From the NCBI GenBank assembly GCA_937903325.1, contig CALCZR010000056.1, positions 64,451 to 128,450 on the forward strand: a stretch of 64,000 nt of DNA, read 5' to 3'. Position numbers and translations under genes: made by a program. This document shows positions 46,589 through 56,495 of this stretch, piece by piece. This stretch comes from an uncultured Candidatus Saccharibacteria bacterium (lineage in GTDB: Bacteria > Patescibacteriota > Saccharimonadia > Saccharimonadales > AWTP1-31). Under the pieces are notes generated by a model. That model was not told where the DNA came from, made no database searches, and saw only the letters and a program-made list of their open reading frames with translations. Position 1 is the stretch's first letter. Every line of letters starts with the position of its first letter.

Positions 46589-48332
46589 GTTTCTTCTTAC
46601 TCTTCTCGGTCTTGCCTTGTTGCAAACTCAGTAGCTGCGCATATATACCACCACTTTGAGCCAATTCTGTTGGTGAACCAACTTCACCGACCTTACCATT
46701 CTGTAGAGTAATAATTTGGTCGACATTCTGGATGGTGCTGAGTCGGTGGGCAATGATCAGTGTCGTACGGCCCTTCATAAGGCGCTCTAGGGCTTCTTGC
46801 ACCATAGCTTCACTCTTACTATCCAAACTGCTGGTTGCTTCATCTAAGATTAAGATCGGAGCATCCTTGAGAAGCGCGCGGGCAATAGCAATACGTTGCT
46901 TTTGCCCACCGCTGAGTTTCAGGCCTCGCTCACCAATCTCGGTGTTATACCCCTTCTCCAGTTTCTCAATAAACTCATGAGCGTTGGCAGCCTTAGTAGC
47001 TGCCATGACCTGCTTCTCGGTCGCTTTGTTATTACCGTAGGAAATGTTCTCCCGGATAGTTCCACTAAATAGGGCTGGATCCTGGAAGACTACGCCGATA
47101 CTAGCGCGCAGGCTCTGCTGAGTAACATTTTGGATATCTGTCCCGTCTATAGATATAACACCTTCCTGCGGTTCGTATAGGCGAAGCAGTAGGTTGGTAA
47201 GGGTCGTCTTGCCTTCGCCACTTTCACCAACTAATGCCACTTTTGTATCTGGCTTAATGTCTAGCGAAATATTCTTAAGAACTTGCTGCTTGTCATAGCC
47301 AAAGACAACGCCATCGAAGGAGATGGCACCTTTAGTTACCCGCAGGGCCTTAGCACCCTCGTGGTCGGCAATGTCTGGTTGCAAGTTCAGAACTTCAAAG
47401 TAATCTTTACTGTCTGCTACGGCACGCTGGGTATTCTCTACCAAGAAACTAATCGTAAAGATTGGAATACGGATCTGGGCTGCGAGTAGAATCAATGACA
47501 CTGCGACACCAGGAGTGTAATGTCCATGAGCAGCCTGGATGAAGATAAATAGGTAAACAGCTAAAAAGATAGCGTTCAGAACTAAACGGCGCCTAACATC
47601 TCGTTCGTGCCAGTAGCGAGACTGTGGCTTGTTGGTATTTACAACTGTCTGAAATTCTTTGTTAAAGAAACTAAGCTCGTTCTTCTGCTGCACAAAACTC
47701 TTTACCACTTTAATCTGCCCAATAGCTTCAGCAAACCGACCGGTGGCGATATCGACGTGTAGGTTTTTCTTAGCTTGGTATTCTTGCCACGTATTGCTGG
47801 TTCGTACGGTCAGCCATATATAGATGGGGTACAGGAGGAACAGCAGTAACGCTACTTGCCAGCTGTAGTAGGCAATGACGGCAAGTGAGAAGACGGTTGA
47901 GAAGATGAACTGCAAGAAGTTGTTGCTCATCATTTGCATAAAGTTCGTTATCTGTACAATAGACCGATTCAGACGGTTAATGATCTTTCCGGTAAGCTCG
48001 GTGTCAAAGTACTGCTGCGGCAACTTTAGAAGGTGTTCATAGTAGTGGCTACTCAGAGCCTTATTAAGTTTAGTAGTCATCTGGTCGCCCAGGTACCCAT
48101 TAATGTTGTTAATGAAGTTACTGGCAACATCTAGGGCAAAGATTAGTAGCGCAACAATTACGAGCAAGCGTATGTTGGCGCCACTACCCTTACGAATCTC
48201 GTCAATAGCCCAACCACTAAAGATTGGGTTAAGGAGGGTCATCAGGGCTACCAGCACAGACAGCGCACTAACTGCTATATAGTAGCCACGCAGCTCACGG
48301 GTAAAACGAAGAACTCGAAGGATGTGTTTCAT
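46563..48332 (-). CDS. ABC transporter, fused permease/ATPase (exporter type)
   Basis: 589 aa: six-TM N-terminal half, Walker A GESGEGKTT, signature LSGGQKQRIAIARAL. Confidence 0.9.
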   Translation of the reverse strand: MKHILRVLRFTRELRGYYIAVSALSVLVALMTLLNPIFSGWAIDEIRKGSGANIRLLVIVALLIFALDVASNFINNINGYLGDQMTTKLNKALSSHYYEHLLKLPQQYFDTELTGKIINRLNRSIVQITNFMQMMSNNFLQFIFSTVFSLAVIAYYSWQVALLLFLLYPIYIWLTVRTSNTWQEYQAKKNLHVDIATGRFAEAIGQIKVVKSFVQQKNELSFFNKEFQTVVNTNKPQSRYWHERDVRRRLVLNAIFLAVYLFIFIQAAHGHYTPGVAVSLILLAAQIRIPIFTISFLVENTQRAVADSKDYFEVLNLQPDIADHEGAKALRVTKGAISFDGVVFGYDKQQVLKNISLDIKPDTKVALVGESGEGKTTLTNLLLRLYEPQEGVISIDGTDIQNVTQQSLRASIGVVFQDPALFSGTIRENISYGNNKATEKQVMAATKAANAHEFIEKLEKGYNTEIGERGLKLSGGQKQRIAIARALLKDAPILILDEATSSLDSKSEAMVQEALERLMKGRTTLIIAHRLSTIQNVDQIITLQNGKVGEVGSPTELAQSGGIYAQLLSLQQGKTEKSKKKLKEFELAG

Positions 48333-48334
48333 GA

Positions 48335-50860
48335 TTAATCTCGCTTGACGTCAAGCTTTTGCTCAACGGCCGTCACGATAGCATCTACAAACTTAGTCAC
48401 TTCATCCGTTGTTAGGGTACGGTCAGGGTGATGGACATCGAGTCGCAACGTTACGTGTTTCTGAGGACTATGTTCTTTGTGGTAGATATCTCGTGATTCT
48501 ACGGTTGCAACGTAACCACGACCCTCTGCTAGCTGCTGCGCAATCTCGATTACTACCTCAAACAGATCACCAAACTGCTGTTCCTTGGCTGTCTTGAAGG
48601 TTATGTCCTGCACAATGTGCGGGAATCGAGCAAGTGGCTTGTAGGCACGCTTGGTTCCAGTTATTGACTCAAGGATTGGAGACAGCATAAGTTCAAAGCC
48701 GGCACTATGCGTTGGTAGTTTTAGTTTCTTGCGTACAGAGTTCTTAAACTCACCGACAATTCCAATGTAGTTACCGGTACTGCGGTCGGTTACAAGTGCA
48801 GAACGCTCAATGTCATACGGCTTAGTGATTTCATATGCAGGATCTTTGTCGATGGGGTCAAAGTCGAGTGTCAGGCCGAGAGATCGCGCCACGAAATCGA
48901 GGTACTGCTTCGCGTCAAAATAGGCAGCACCAGTGCCATTAACGACCTTCTTGTCGTTTGCAGCGTAGACCAGGCTAAAGACTTCATTCTCAATAGGTAG
49001 ACCTTCGTCGTTAACTCCCTGCCCCTTTATGTGGGTTTTGCCAATCTCAAACAGTGCGAACTGGTCGTATCCAGCACGTATGTTTTGGTAGACCTTAGAT
49101 GCAAGACTTGGCGTAAGAGTTAGACGGTAGTACTGCAGTTCAGGACTAAGAGCGTTACCGAGCTGGTAGGCCTCGCTAGTGTTCTGCGATGCATCTTCAA
49201 GTAACTTGCCCGACACAAAACTGTAGGTAACTATTTCATTGGCTCCAGCTCGTGCTAAGGTGCTACGAAGTGCAGACTTCAGCTCTAACATTGGGTTCTT
49301 GGCTGCTGGTGCTGTAGTGCGCATTGGTAGAACTATCGGGAGCTTGTCATAGCCATGTAGACGACCAATTTCTTCGACAATATCTTCCACGATCTCAATA
49401 TCCTTGCGCCAGAATGGTGGCGTAACAACTAGATTGCCTTCGCTAACTTCCACTAGAAACTCAACGTTAGTCAGCAGTGTCTGCATGTCTTCCGCAGTAA
49501 GACTGCTACCGAGTCGTGCGTTAACAAAATCAACACTGACAGCTACTGGCTCGAGGACAAAACTACTTTCCTCAGGTGCAGAATCATACTGCACACCGGC
49601 CTTGGCGTTTGTCTGCTCACAGATATCCGCAACCAGCTTCTGGAGAACAATAGCATTTTGTAGCGGAGATTGGCCCTTGTTGAACCGCGTAACGGCGTCA
49701 GTAAACAAGCCGTGGCGCATACTCGTGCGGCGAATGGTGTACATGTCGAAGTTAGCACACTCCACGATAATGTTCTTAGTGTTGGCGTCTACTTCTGTGG
49801 CTGCGCCGCCCATAACGCCGCCAAGCGCAATAGCTTGCTTGTCGGTAGCTATAACAATATCTTCTGCCGTGAGTGTGATGGTCTTACCGTTAAGTAGGTC
49901 TATCTTTTCGCCCTCTACAGCCATTCGAGGGAAGATAACAACGTTTTCTGGATCTTCGCATAACGCTTTAACCTTGTCATAGTCAAAGGCATGAGTAGGC
50001 TGTGCGGTGAGGTGCATATAAAAGTTAGTAGCATCCACAATGTTGTTAATAGGCCGACTGCCTAGCCGAGATAACCACGACTGAATCTGCGTTGAACTTG
50101 GGCCCATAGTGACACCTTCTACCACCTGGACCATGAAACGAGGTACTTTATGAGTAATATCATTCTTTCCAGTGAGGGTTAAAGTACCTCCAGGCGAGAC
50201 TGTAGAGACAGCAGATTGGCTGTACCAATCAGGACTAACAAAGGCTTGTCCAGTGATACCAGCGAGTTCTCGGGCAACACCAAGCACACCGAAACAGTCG
50301 GGTCGGTGGGTAAACATTTTGTTTTCACAGTCAATAATCACGTCATTAAGGCCAAACAGATTGAGTAGTGATGAGCCAGGAGTTGCCCCGGGATCTGAGA
50401 TCACGAGGATACCGTCATGGTCTTCGCTAATACCAAGCTCCATAGCACTAGCAAGCATTCCGTTACTGACAATACCACGTAGTTCCCGGGCACCAAGAAC
50501 AAACGGATCTTTGTCGACTGAACTCGGAACCGTGCTGCCAGGAGGTAACCACGCCACAGTGATCCCAGCTCGTACATTAGGTGCACCACAAACCACTTGA
50601 ACAAGTCCGTCTGCATTACGGTCTACACCTTGCGCGACACCACCGTCATCTACGAGGCAAACGCTCAGCTTGTCTGCGTCAGGGTGTTTTTCGCATTGCA
50701 CTACCTTGGCAATAACAACACCCTTGAAACGAGAGGCATAGTCGATAACTTCCTCTACAGCACCGAGTTGGGCGCCAATACGACGCAAGATCTCATCTAC
50801 ACTTACTGCCGTGAAATCAACATTGCTGTATTGGTTTGCTAACTTTAGGGATACTTTCAT
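48335..50860 (-). CDS. pheT: phenylalanine--tRNA ligase beta subunit
   Basis: 841 aa with an N-terminal tRNA-binding domain (KHPDADKLSVCLVD) and B3/4, B5 and FDX-ACB-like regions. 4-nt overlap with pheS. Confidence 0.95.
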   Translation of the reverse strand: MKVSLKLANQYSNVDFTAVSVDEILRRIGAQLGAVEEVIDYASRFKGVVIAKVVQCEKHPDADKLSVCLVDDGGVAQGVDRNADGLVQVVCGAPNVRAGITVAWLPPGSTVPSSVDKDPFVLGARELRGIVSNGMLASAMELGISEDHDGILVISDPGATPGSSLLNLFGLNDVIIDCENKMFTHRPDCFGVLGVARELAGITGQAFVSPDWYSQSAVSTVSPGGTLTLTGKNDITHKVPRFMVQVVEGVTMGPSSTQIQSWLSRLGSRPINNIVDATNFYMHLTAQPTHAFDYDKVKALCEDPENVVIFPRMAVEGEKIDLLNGKTITLTAEDIVIATDKQAIALGGVMGGAATEVDANTKNIIVECANFDMYTIRRTSMRHGLFTDAVTRFNKGQSPLQNAIVLQKLVADICEQTNAKAGVQYDSAPEESSFVLEPVAVSVDFVNARLGSSLTAEDMQTLLTNVEFLVEVSEGNLVVTPPFWRKDIEIVEDIVEEIGRLHGYDKLPIVLPMRTTAPAAKNPMLELKSALRSTLARAGANEIVTYSFVSGKLLEDASQNTSEAYQLGNALSPELQYYRLTLTPSLASKVYQNIRAGYDQFALFEIGKTHIKGQGVNDEGLPIENEVFSLVYAANDKKVVNGTGAAYFDAKQYLDFVARSLGLTLDFDPIDKDPAYEITKPYDIERSALVTDRSTGNYIGIVGEFKNSVRKKLKLPTHSAGFELMLSPILESITGTKRAYKPLARFPHIVQDITFKTAKEQQFGDLFEVVIEIAQQLAEGRGYVATVESRDIYHKEHSPQKHVTLRLDVHHPDRTLTTDEVTKFVDAIVTAVEQKLDVKRD

Positions 50861-51888
50861 GAGAACTGCCTTAGGAAATCTAATTTACCTGATTCAAAAT
50901 GTCGGATGTCTTCAATACCGTACTTCATCATAACGAGTCGTTCGATCCCACCACCCCAAGCAAAGCCCGAGTACTTCACTGGATCAATGCCTGCGGCAGA
51001 CAAAACGTTTGGGTGAATCATGCCACAGCCAAGAAGCTCCAGCCACATATCTGCTTCAGTGTCACCCTTACGAAGTGCGGCAGGTCGTTCAATGGCAAAT
51101 TCGAAGCTTGGTTCAGTGAACGGGAAATAGAATGGCTGTAGCTTGGCCTTAAGGTCTTGCCCGAAGTATTCACTCAGAAGAGTGCGTAGTGTAGCGATAA
51201 GATTGCCAACGGTAATACCTTCGCCCACAAACACCCCTTCATACTGATAGAACGTATGCTCGTGGGTTACGTCGAGATCTTCGTTGCGGAAGACACGGTC
51301 AGGAACAAGAACAGCAATGGGTTCACCTTTTTCGAGGTTACCAGCGTACTTCTTGAGTACTCGGTTCTGCATAGTACTGGTATGTGCCGGAGCAATAAGA
51401 CCTTCAGTGGTCATAAATGTGTCGTAGTCATCTCGTGCGGGGTGACCCTCGGGGAAGTTGAGTGACTCGAACATATGGTAGTCATCGTCGATTAAACGAC
51501 TTTGTTCAATAGCAAAGCCCATACGGTAGGCAATGTCGCTCATGTACTCGAGTTCGGTCATAAGAGGGTGTTTGGTGCCAGTTTCTCCTGGAAGCAGTTG
51601 TGGCGCTGCAGCGTTTATATCTTGAGGTGCCGTTACATCAATAGGTGCTTGTTTTTCGGCAGATTCATCGGCATCATTCAACCAGCTGTTAATATCGCTC
51701 TTTAGAGCATTCAGTTCTTTACCAAACGTAGCTTTTTCTTCGTTTGGCAGGGTGCGTAGTTCTGCATACAGCGCCTCTAGATTCTTGCTGCGCAAGATTG
51801 CGCGCTTGTCAGCAAGCTTAGCGAACTCTTTAGTTAGTTGCTCTGACGCACGAACAATAGACGGAATGGTATACGAAGTACTCGACAT
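50857..51888 (-). CDS. pheS: phenylalanine--tRNA ligase alpha subunit
   Basis: Class II core: HPARD, FRNE, FYFPFTEPS, GFAWGGGIERL. Confidence 0.95.
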   Translation of the reverse strand: MSSTSYTIPSIVRASEQLTKEFAKLADKRAILRSKNLEALYAELRTLPNEEKATFGKELNALKSDINSWLNDADESAEKQAPIDVTAPQDINAAAPQLLPGETGTKHPLMTELEYMSDIAYRMGFAIEQSRLIDDDYHMFESLNFPEGHPARDDYDTFMTTEGLIAPAHTSTMQNRVLKKYAGNLEKGEPIAVLVPDRVFRNEDLDVTHEHTFYQYEGVFVGEGITVGNLIATLRTLLSEYFGQDLKAKLQPFYFPFTEPSFEFAIERPAALRKGDTEADMWLELLGCGMIHPNVLSAAGIDPVKYSGFAWGGGIERLVMMKYGIEDIRHFESGKLDFLRQFS

Positions 51889-51927
51889 AATTAGTCATAA
51901 TTATAACAGATATAGCACCAGAAATTG

Positions 51928-51933
51928 TATACT
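51928..51933 (+). promoter_or_regulatory. -10 TATACT, 6 nt before yajQ ATG (leaderless candidate)
   Basis: TATACT-gtgtat-ATG. Confidence 0.45.
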
Positions 51934-51939
51934 GTGTAT

Positions 51940-52437
51940 ATGGCTAACTATTCATTCGACATTGTCAGCGATTATGACAAAGCAGAGATCAACAACGTAT
52001 TCGAACAAACTAAGCGTGAACTAGACGCTCGCTACGACTTTAAGGGCACCTCAGCAGCTATTGACTGGCTCAACAGTGACAAGACTGGGCTGAAGCTCAC
52101 TGGTGACAGCCAATATCAATTAGATGCGATCATAGAGATCATCCGCAAGAAGCTGGCTACTCGTAACCAGAGTCAGAAATTACTAGACACCAGCAAGGAA
52201 CCAGTAACCTCCAACCTCAAAACAACCTGGGAAGTTCCGTTCAAGCAAGGTCTTGACCAAGACAAAGCAAAGAAAGTCACCAGCAAGATACGCGACGACT
52301 ACCCTAAGGCCAAAACTCAAATCCAAGGCCAAGAAGTCAGAATTACTAGTAGCAGCAAAGACGAACTCCAGGCTGTCATGCAACTTCTGCGAGATGCGGA
52401 CTTTGACTTCCCACTAAGTTTTACAAACTTTAGGTAA
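51940..52437 (+). CDS. yajQ: YajQ-family nucleotide-binding protein
   Basis: MANYSFDIVSDYDKAEINNVFEQTKRELDARYDFKG. The ATG at 51940 is preferred over the TTG at 51925. Confidence 0.85.
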   Translation: MANYSFDIVSDYDKAEINNVFEQTKRELDARYDFKGTSAAIDWLNSDKTGLKLTGDSQYQLDAIIEIIRKKLATRNQSQKLLDTSKEPVTSNLKTTWEVPFKQGLDQDKAKKVTSKIRDDYPKAKTQIQGQEVRITSSSKDELQAVMQLLRDADFDFPLSFTNFR

Positions 52438-52448
52438 GGTAATACATC

Positions 52449-52982
52449 GTGAAAATAACATTCTTTGCCCATAGCACTACAACAGATAACGAACTACATA
52501 AAGCAACCGGCTGGCTACAAGGTGAGTTATCTGAAAAGGGTATCGAGCAAGCCAAAGCTCTTCCTGGACTCATCTCTGACGACAGCTTCGTCGTAGTCTT
52601 TAGCTCAGACCTGAAACGGGCCATCGACTCCGCAACCCTTGGTTTTGGCAAGACTCACAAGCTACGTACAGACGAGCGGCTCCGCGAAGCTAACTACGGC
52701 GACCTCGATGGCACCGACAAAAGCTTTAAGAACGACATGACTCAGTTCATCGACACGCCATATCCCAATGGTGAAAGCTACAAAGACACCGAAGCCCGAC
52801 TCCACTCCTTCTTAGAAGACGTCAAGAAAGAGTTTGGTGACCAGCATATAGCTATCATTGGACACGAGGCCACCCAGTTAGCCATTGAGGTTATTTGCAA
52901 TAACAAAACGTGGCAACAGGTTATTGCAGAGAACTGGCGACCACAAGGAAAGTGGCAGCCAGGCTGGACCTATAGTTTTTAG
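52449..52982 (+). CDS. histidine phosphatase family protein (divergent RHG motif)
   Basis: ITFFAHSTTTDN...LSEKGIEQAKAL and IIGHEAT. GTG start. AHS sits where RHG is expected. Confidence 0.7.
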   Translation: MKITFFAHSTTTDNELHKATGWLQGELSEKGIEQAKALPGLISDDSFVVVFSSDLKRAIDSATLGFGKTHKLRTDERLREANYGDLDGTDKSFKNDMTQFIDTPYPNGESYKDTEARLHSFLEDVKKEFGDQHIAIIGHEATQLAIEVICNNKTWQQVIAENWRPQGKWQPGWTYSF

Positions 52983-53037
52983 GCTACTAAGGCCTTGTTT
53001 ATACCATTTCGGTGAACCACCTCAAGCATAAGCACGC

Positions 53038-53043
53038 TATACT
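53038..53043 (+). promoter_or_regulatory. -10 TATACT, 6 nt before ATG (leaderless candidate)
   Basis: TATACT-atatac-ATG. Confidence 0.45.
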
Positions 53044-53049
53044 ATATAC

Positions 53050-54369
53050 ATGCAGACCAACAGTGATGTGACTCAAGAAGTAATTGAGGTACTGAAACAA
53101 AACGATAAAACCCTCTTTACCCTTCCAGCTGATGGCCTGTACCCCCATCAATGGCTCTGGGATAGTTGTTTTGTAGCTATTGGGCTCAGGCACTTAGACA
53201 TAGACCGGGCTCAGACAGAACTCAAGAGCTTGCTTCGTGGGCAATGGAGTAATGGCATGCTCCCCCATATGATATTCAATAACTCAATGTTGTATGCTCA
53301 GGATCGTAACATCTGGCGCAGCCAGTTATCTCCGTACGCACCTGATACCGTTAGTACTTCTGGTATAACGCAACCTCCAGTGCTTGCAGAAGCTGTGATC
53401 CAAGTGGGCAAGAAGTTAAAAAAACCAGAACGCCGTACGTGGTACCTAACAATGCTACCTGCCCTGATCGCCTACCACCAATGGCTGTATACCGAACGAG
53501 ACCCGAGGGACTCAGGGCTTGTCCTGCAGGTGCATCCCCACGAAACAGGCTTGGATAGTACACCGCCCTGGATAGATCAGCTGCACCGTCACCACAAACC
53601 GTGGTGGGCCAGTTTCCTTGAAAGCACTAAGCTTATTAATACCGTCAGCCTGTTCCGCCGTGATACTCGTCACGTACCACCAGGTCAACGAATGAGTAAC
53701 CTCGACGCACTACTCTATTACGACGTTATCCGGAAGCTCCGAAACAAACATTATGACATCCACAAGATTCTCCGTAAGTCATCTTTTGCGATTCAAGACC
53801 TGACCTACAACAGTATCTTCATACGAGCCAATGGGTGTTTGGTGGAAATGGCTGAACTCGTAAATGCTGAGCTACCAGAAGAGCTGGTAAGCAATATGCA
53901 GAAAACCCGACAAGTATTCGAACAGCTCTGGGATGGGTATAGTAGTCAATACTACTCACGTAACCAACGTACCAACAAGTTAATTCGAGAACCAAGTATC
54001 GCTACCCTTATGCCCCTCTATGCCGGACACATTACCAAAGAACGAGCAGAACAGTTAGTTAGTCTACTCCACGACCAGGAGGTCTTTGGTACGAACTATC
54101 CTGTCGCTAGTGTGCCACTAACATCTAAGTACTTTAAACCCATGAGCTACTGGCAAGGCCCGACCTGGATTAATACCAATTGGCTCATTGTCCAGGGCCT
54201 AGAGCGGTATGGATATAAAAAAGAGGCGGAGATTATCCGCCTCAAGTCTATCGAACTTGTTCGCCAGCATGGTAGCTATGAATATTTCTCGCCCATAGAT
54301 GGCTCACCGGCAGGAGCCAAGAACTTTAGCTGGACGGCTGCTCTCGTGCTCGACTTTATTAAGAAATAG
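53050..54369 (+). CDS. GH63-like (alpha/alpha)6 glycoside hydrolase (glucosyl-/mannosylglycerate hydrolase-like)
   Basis: LYPHQWLWDSCFVAIGL, HPHETGLDSTPPW, YWQGPTWINTNWL. Confidence 0.7.
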   Translation: MQTNSDVTQEVIEVLKQNDKTLFTLPADGLYPHQWLWDSCFVAIGLRHLDIDRAQTELKSLLRGQWSNGMLPHMIFNNSMLYAQDRNIWRSQLSPYAPDTVSTSGITQPPVLAEAVIQVGKKLKKPERRTWYLTMLPALIAYHQWLYTERDPRDSGLVLQVHPHETGLDSTPPWIDQLHRHHKPWWASFLESTKLINTVSLFRRDTRHVPPGQRMSNLDALLYYDVIRKLRNKHYDIHKILRKSSFAIQDLTYNSIFIRANGCLVEMAELVNAELPEELVSNMQKTRQVFEQLWDGYSSQYYSRNQRTNKLIREPSIATLMPLYAGHITKERAEQLVSLLHDQEVFGTNYPVASVPLTSKYFKPMSYWQGPTWINTNWLIVQGLERYGYKKEAEIIRLKSIELVRQHGSYEYFSPIDGSPAGAKNFSWTAALVLDFIKK

Positions 54370-54383
54370 GATTAAAAGTCGTC

Positions 54384-55199
54384 TTAGCTAGCAACATTGT
54401 CGTAGACAAAGTCCACCGCTGCTTGCATGATTTCGGTTGGATTACGTCGTAGCTGTTCTTCCCAAAATTGGTAAGCCTTACCCTTGGGTAGGTGAGAACA
54501 ATATACATTAACAAAACGTTCACGGTACTTAAATAACATGCCAGCACGGTAATGTGCTAGTTCTGGATCACTAGCATGCAAAGCAGATACCTCTTCAAGT
54601 GCTTTTTTAGTTAGGTGGCGACTACCACCAACACGAATATTAGTATCAACAAGCAGTAAGCTTTTGAGCGAGCGGTCTTTGTCTGCTTCATCCAATTGTT
54701 CAAAGTATTCAGTTGGATTAAACACCGTCGGTACTTCTACGATACCTGCAGTCCGTAGAATATGTTTAGCTATTGGTGAGTAGTCAGCGTTGTCATTCTC
54801 GACACTCCGTACTATATAGCTGTCTCGTACATCCATTCGGATAAGCTCAGGCCCATCAACGAGCCATTCCTGCCATATCTCTTCTGCCCGTTCTTCAGTC
54901 TCGGGATGATCTTTGTCACCTTCAATTTGTATCTTGAATACAGCACCATATTTAGCTAAATCAACAGCACGTTCATCAAAAGTAGGGTCGTGTTGGTGCA
55001 GGCGCTTAGCATCCGCTTCCGCCATATCCCATACTCGTGGATCCTGAGAATCATTATCTCCGATTAAAGAAGCAGTCTCAAGGCGCAGCAAATCAATGCG
55101 AGCTTGTTCTAGGTGATCAAGCTCAGCGCGTGTTTCAGCTTCGAGCCACCAGGATGAGCCGTTTTCAGGTGGTTGATATGGGCGAAAACTATCAGACAT
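54384..55199 (-). CDS. hypothetical acidic protein
   Basis: 271 aa from the ATG at 55199 (the track GTG is at 55217). Downstream of and co-directional with rmuC. No motif recognised. Confidence 0.55.
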   Translation of the reverse strand: MSDSFRPYQPPENGSSWWLEAETRAELDHLEQARIDLLRLETASLIGDNDSQDPRVWDMAEADAKRLHQHDPTFDERAVDLAKYGAVFKIQIEGDKDHPETEERAEEIWQEWLVDGPELIRMDVRDSYIVRSVENDNADYSPIAKHILRTAGIVEVPTVFNPTEYFEQLDEADKDRSLKSLLLVDTNIRVGGSRHLTKKALEEVSALHASDPELAHYRAGMLFKYRERFVNVYCSHLPKGKAYQFWEEQLRRNPTEIMQAAVDFVYDNVAS

Positions 55200-55260
55200 A
55201 AGCACATATTTTAACACGCTTATGAATAAGAGTCAATACACTTCACCTCAGTTGCGACTA

Positions 55261-56469
55261 TTAGTCTATGAGGCTAACTTGTGTCTCTTCAGCCGTCGCT
55301 TCTACTTTGTCCGCTAGTTGCTGAACTTTACCAAGCTTACGCTCAATAGTCCGGCTCTTGGTACTGGCACTGTCTATGGTCTTTGTAGCCTGTACCAACT
55401 TCTCTCTTGTTTTATCTAACAGATCCCCAAACTTACCAAACTCACCCTTAATGCCTGTTAGTAACTCCCATACCTGGCCGGTCTGCTCGGCAATAGCTAG
55501 TGTCCTAAAGCCTAATTGGTAGCTGTTTAAGATAGCAGCGATAGTGGTTGGACCCGCAATGGTTACTCGGTAGTTAGTCTGCAGCATCTCAAATAGGCCT
55601 GGCTCCCTAAGGATCTCAGCAAACATACCTTCTGTTGGGACGTAGAGTACGGCAAAGTCAGTAGTACGAGGGGGGACAATATACTTAGTCTTAATTGACT
55701 TAGCTTCTATCTTAACCCTGTTAACCATGGCTTTCTGGGCGCTCGCAGCTACATCTAGTTCGCCCTTCTCCTGCGCTACCACTAATCGTTGGTAATCTTC
55801 CAATGGGAACTTAGCGTCTATAGGGAGGTATATAAAGCCTTTATCCGAGCTCTTATCTGGTAGCTTGATAGCAAAGTCGACGACGTCAGCAGTTTTTGGA
55901 TTAACTCGAACCTGTTTGTCGTAGTGGTCCTTAATAAAGACTTGTTCAAGCAAGCTCTCCAGCTGTACTTCACCCCATGTACCCCTGGTCTTTACATTGG
56001 TTAGCACTCGCTTGAAGTCACTAACATCACTAGCCAGGTTTTGCATTTCACCCAGTCCTTTATGTACTAGTTCTAGTCGTTCACTAACCATCTTAAAGCT
56101 TTGGCTGAGACGCTTTTCTAGCGTACTCTGGAGCTTTTCATCTACGGTGTGGCGCATCTTCTCCAGCTTCTCAGCATTGTCTTTCTGGAGGCTTTCCAGA
56201 CGTGTCTCTACGGTTTTCCGTATAGCTTCGAGCTTCTCGTCGTTTTTGTCCCGTAGTTGCTCCAGACGTTTCTCTAAGCCGTCTCTACTTTGTGTCAGGC
56301 CACTGGTCAGTTCCTGACGGAGATCTTTGTTAGCTGCAGCAAACTCTTTACGGTTTCGCATAAACTCGTCTCGCATAGCTCCGTCCAGACCGCCACCTTG
56401 TTTACGCACAATAAGATAGCCAAGAAGACCGGCATTAATAAGTCCCAAAATAACCGCAAGTATTACCAT
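55261..56469 (-). CDS. rmuC: DNA recombination protein RmuC
   Basis: N-terminal TM, long coiled coil, and a C-terminal nuclease-like region (DFAVLYVPTEGMFAE). Confidence 0.85.
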   Translation of the reverse strand: MVILAVILGLINAGLLGYLIVRKQGGGLDGAMRDEFMRNRKEFAAANKDLRQELTSGLTQSRDGLEKRLEQLRDKNDEKLEAIRKTVETRLESLQKDNAEKLEKMRHTVDEKLQSTLEKRLSQSFKMVSERLELVHKGLGEMQNLASDVSDFKRVLTNVKTRGTWGEVQLESLLEQVFIKDHYDKQVRVNPKTADVVDFAIKLPDKSSDKGFIYLPIDAKFPLEDYQRLVVAQEKGELDVAASAQKAMVNRVKIEAKSIKTKYIVPPRTTDFAVLYVPTEGMFAEILREPGLFEMLQTNYRVTIAGPTTIAAILNSYQLGFRTLAIAEQTGQVWELLTGIKGEFGKFGDLLDKTREKLVQATKTIDSASTKSRTIERKLGKVQQLADKVEATAEETQVSLID

Positions 56470-56475
56470 ATCTCT

Positions 56476-56481
56476 AGTATA
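56476..56481 (-). promoter_or_regulatory. -10 TATACT, 6 nt before rmuC ATG (leaderless candidate)
   Basis: Minus strand: TATACTAGAGATATG. Confidence 0.45.
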
Positions 56482-56495
56482 CCTTGTTACTGGAA

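Noticed and set aside
49404-49982. 192-aa plus-strand ORF inside pheT (and 50172..50600)
   Set aside because: Antisense to pheT, with Ser/Thr/Ala/Arg-rich junk-like sequence.
51889-51939. T-box or other leader upstream of pheS
   Set aside because: Only ~50 nt separate pheS from the divergent yajQ start, too short for a T-box.
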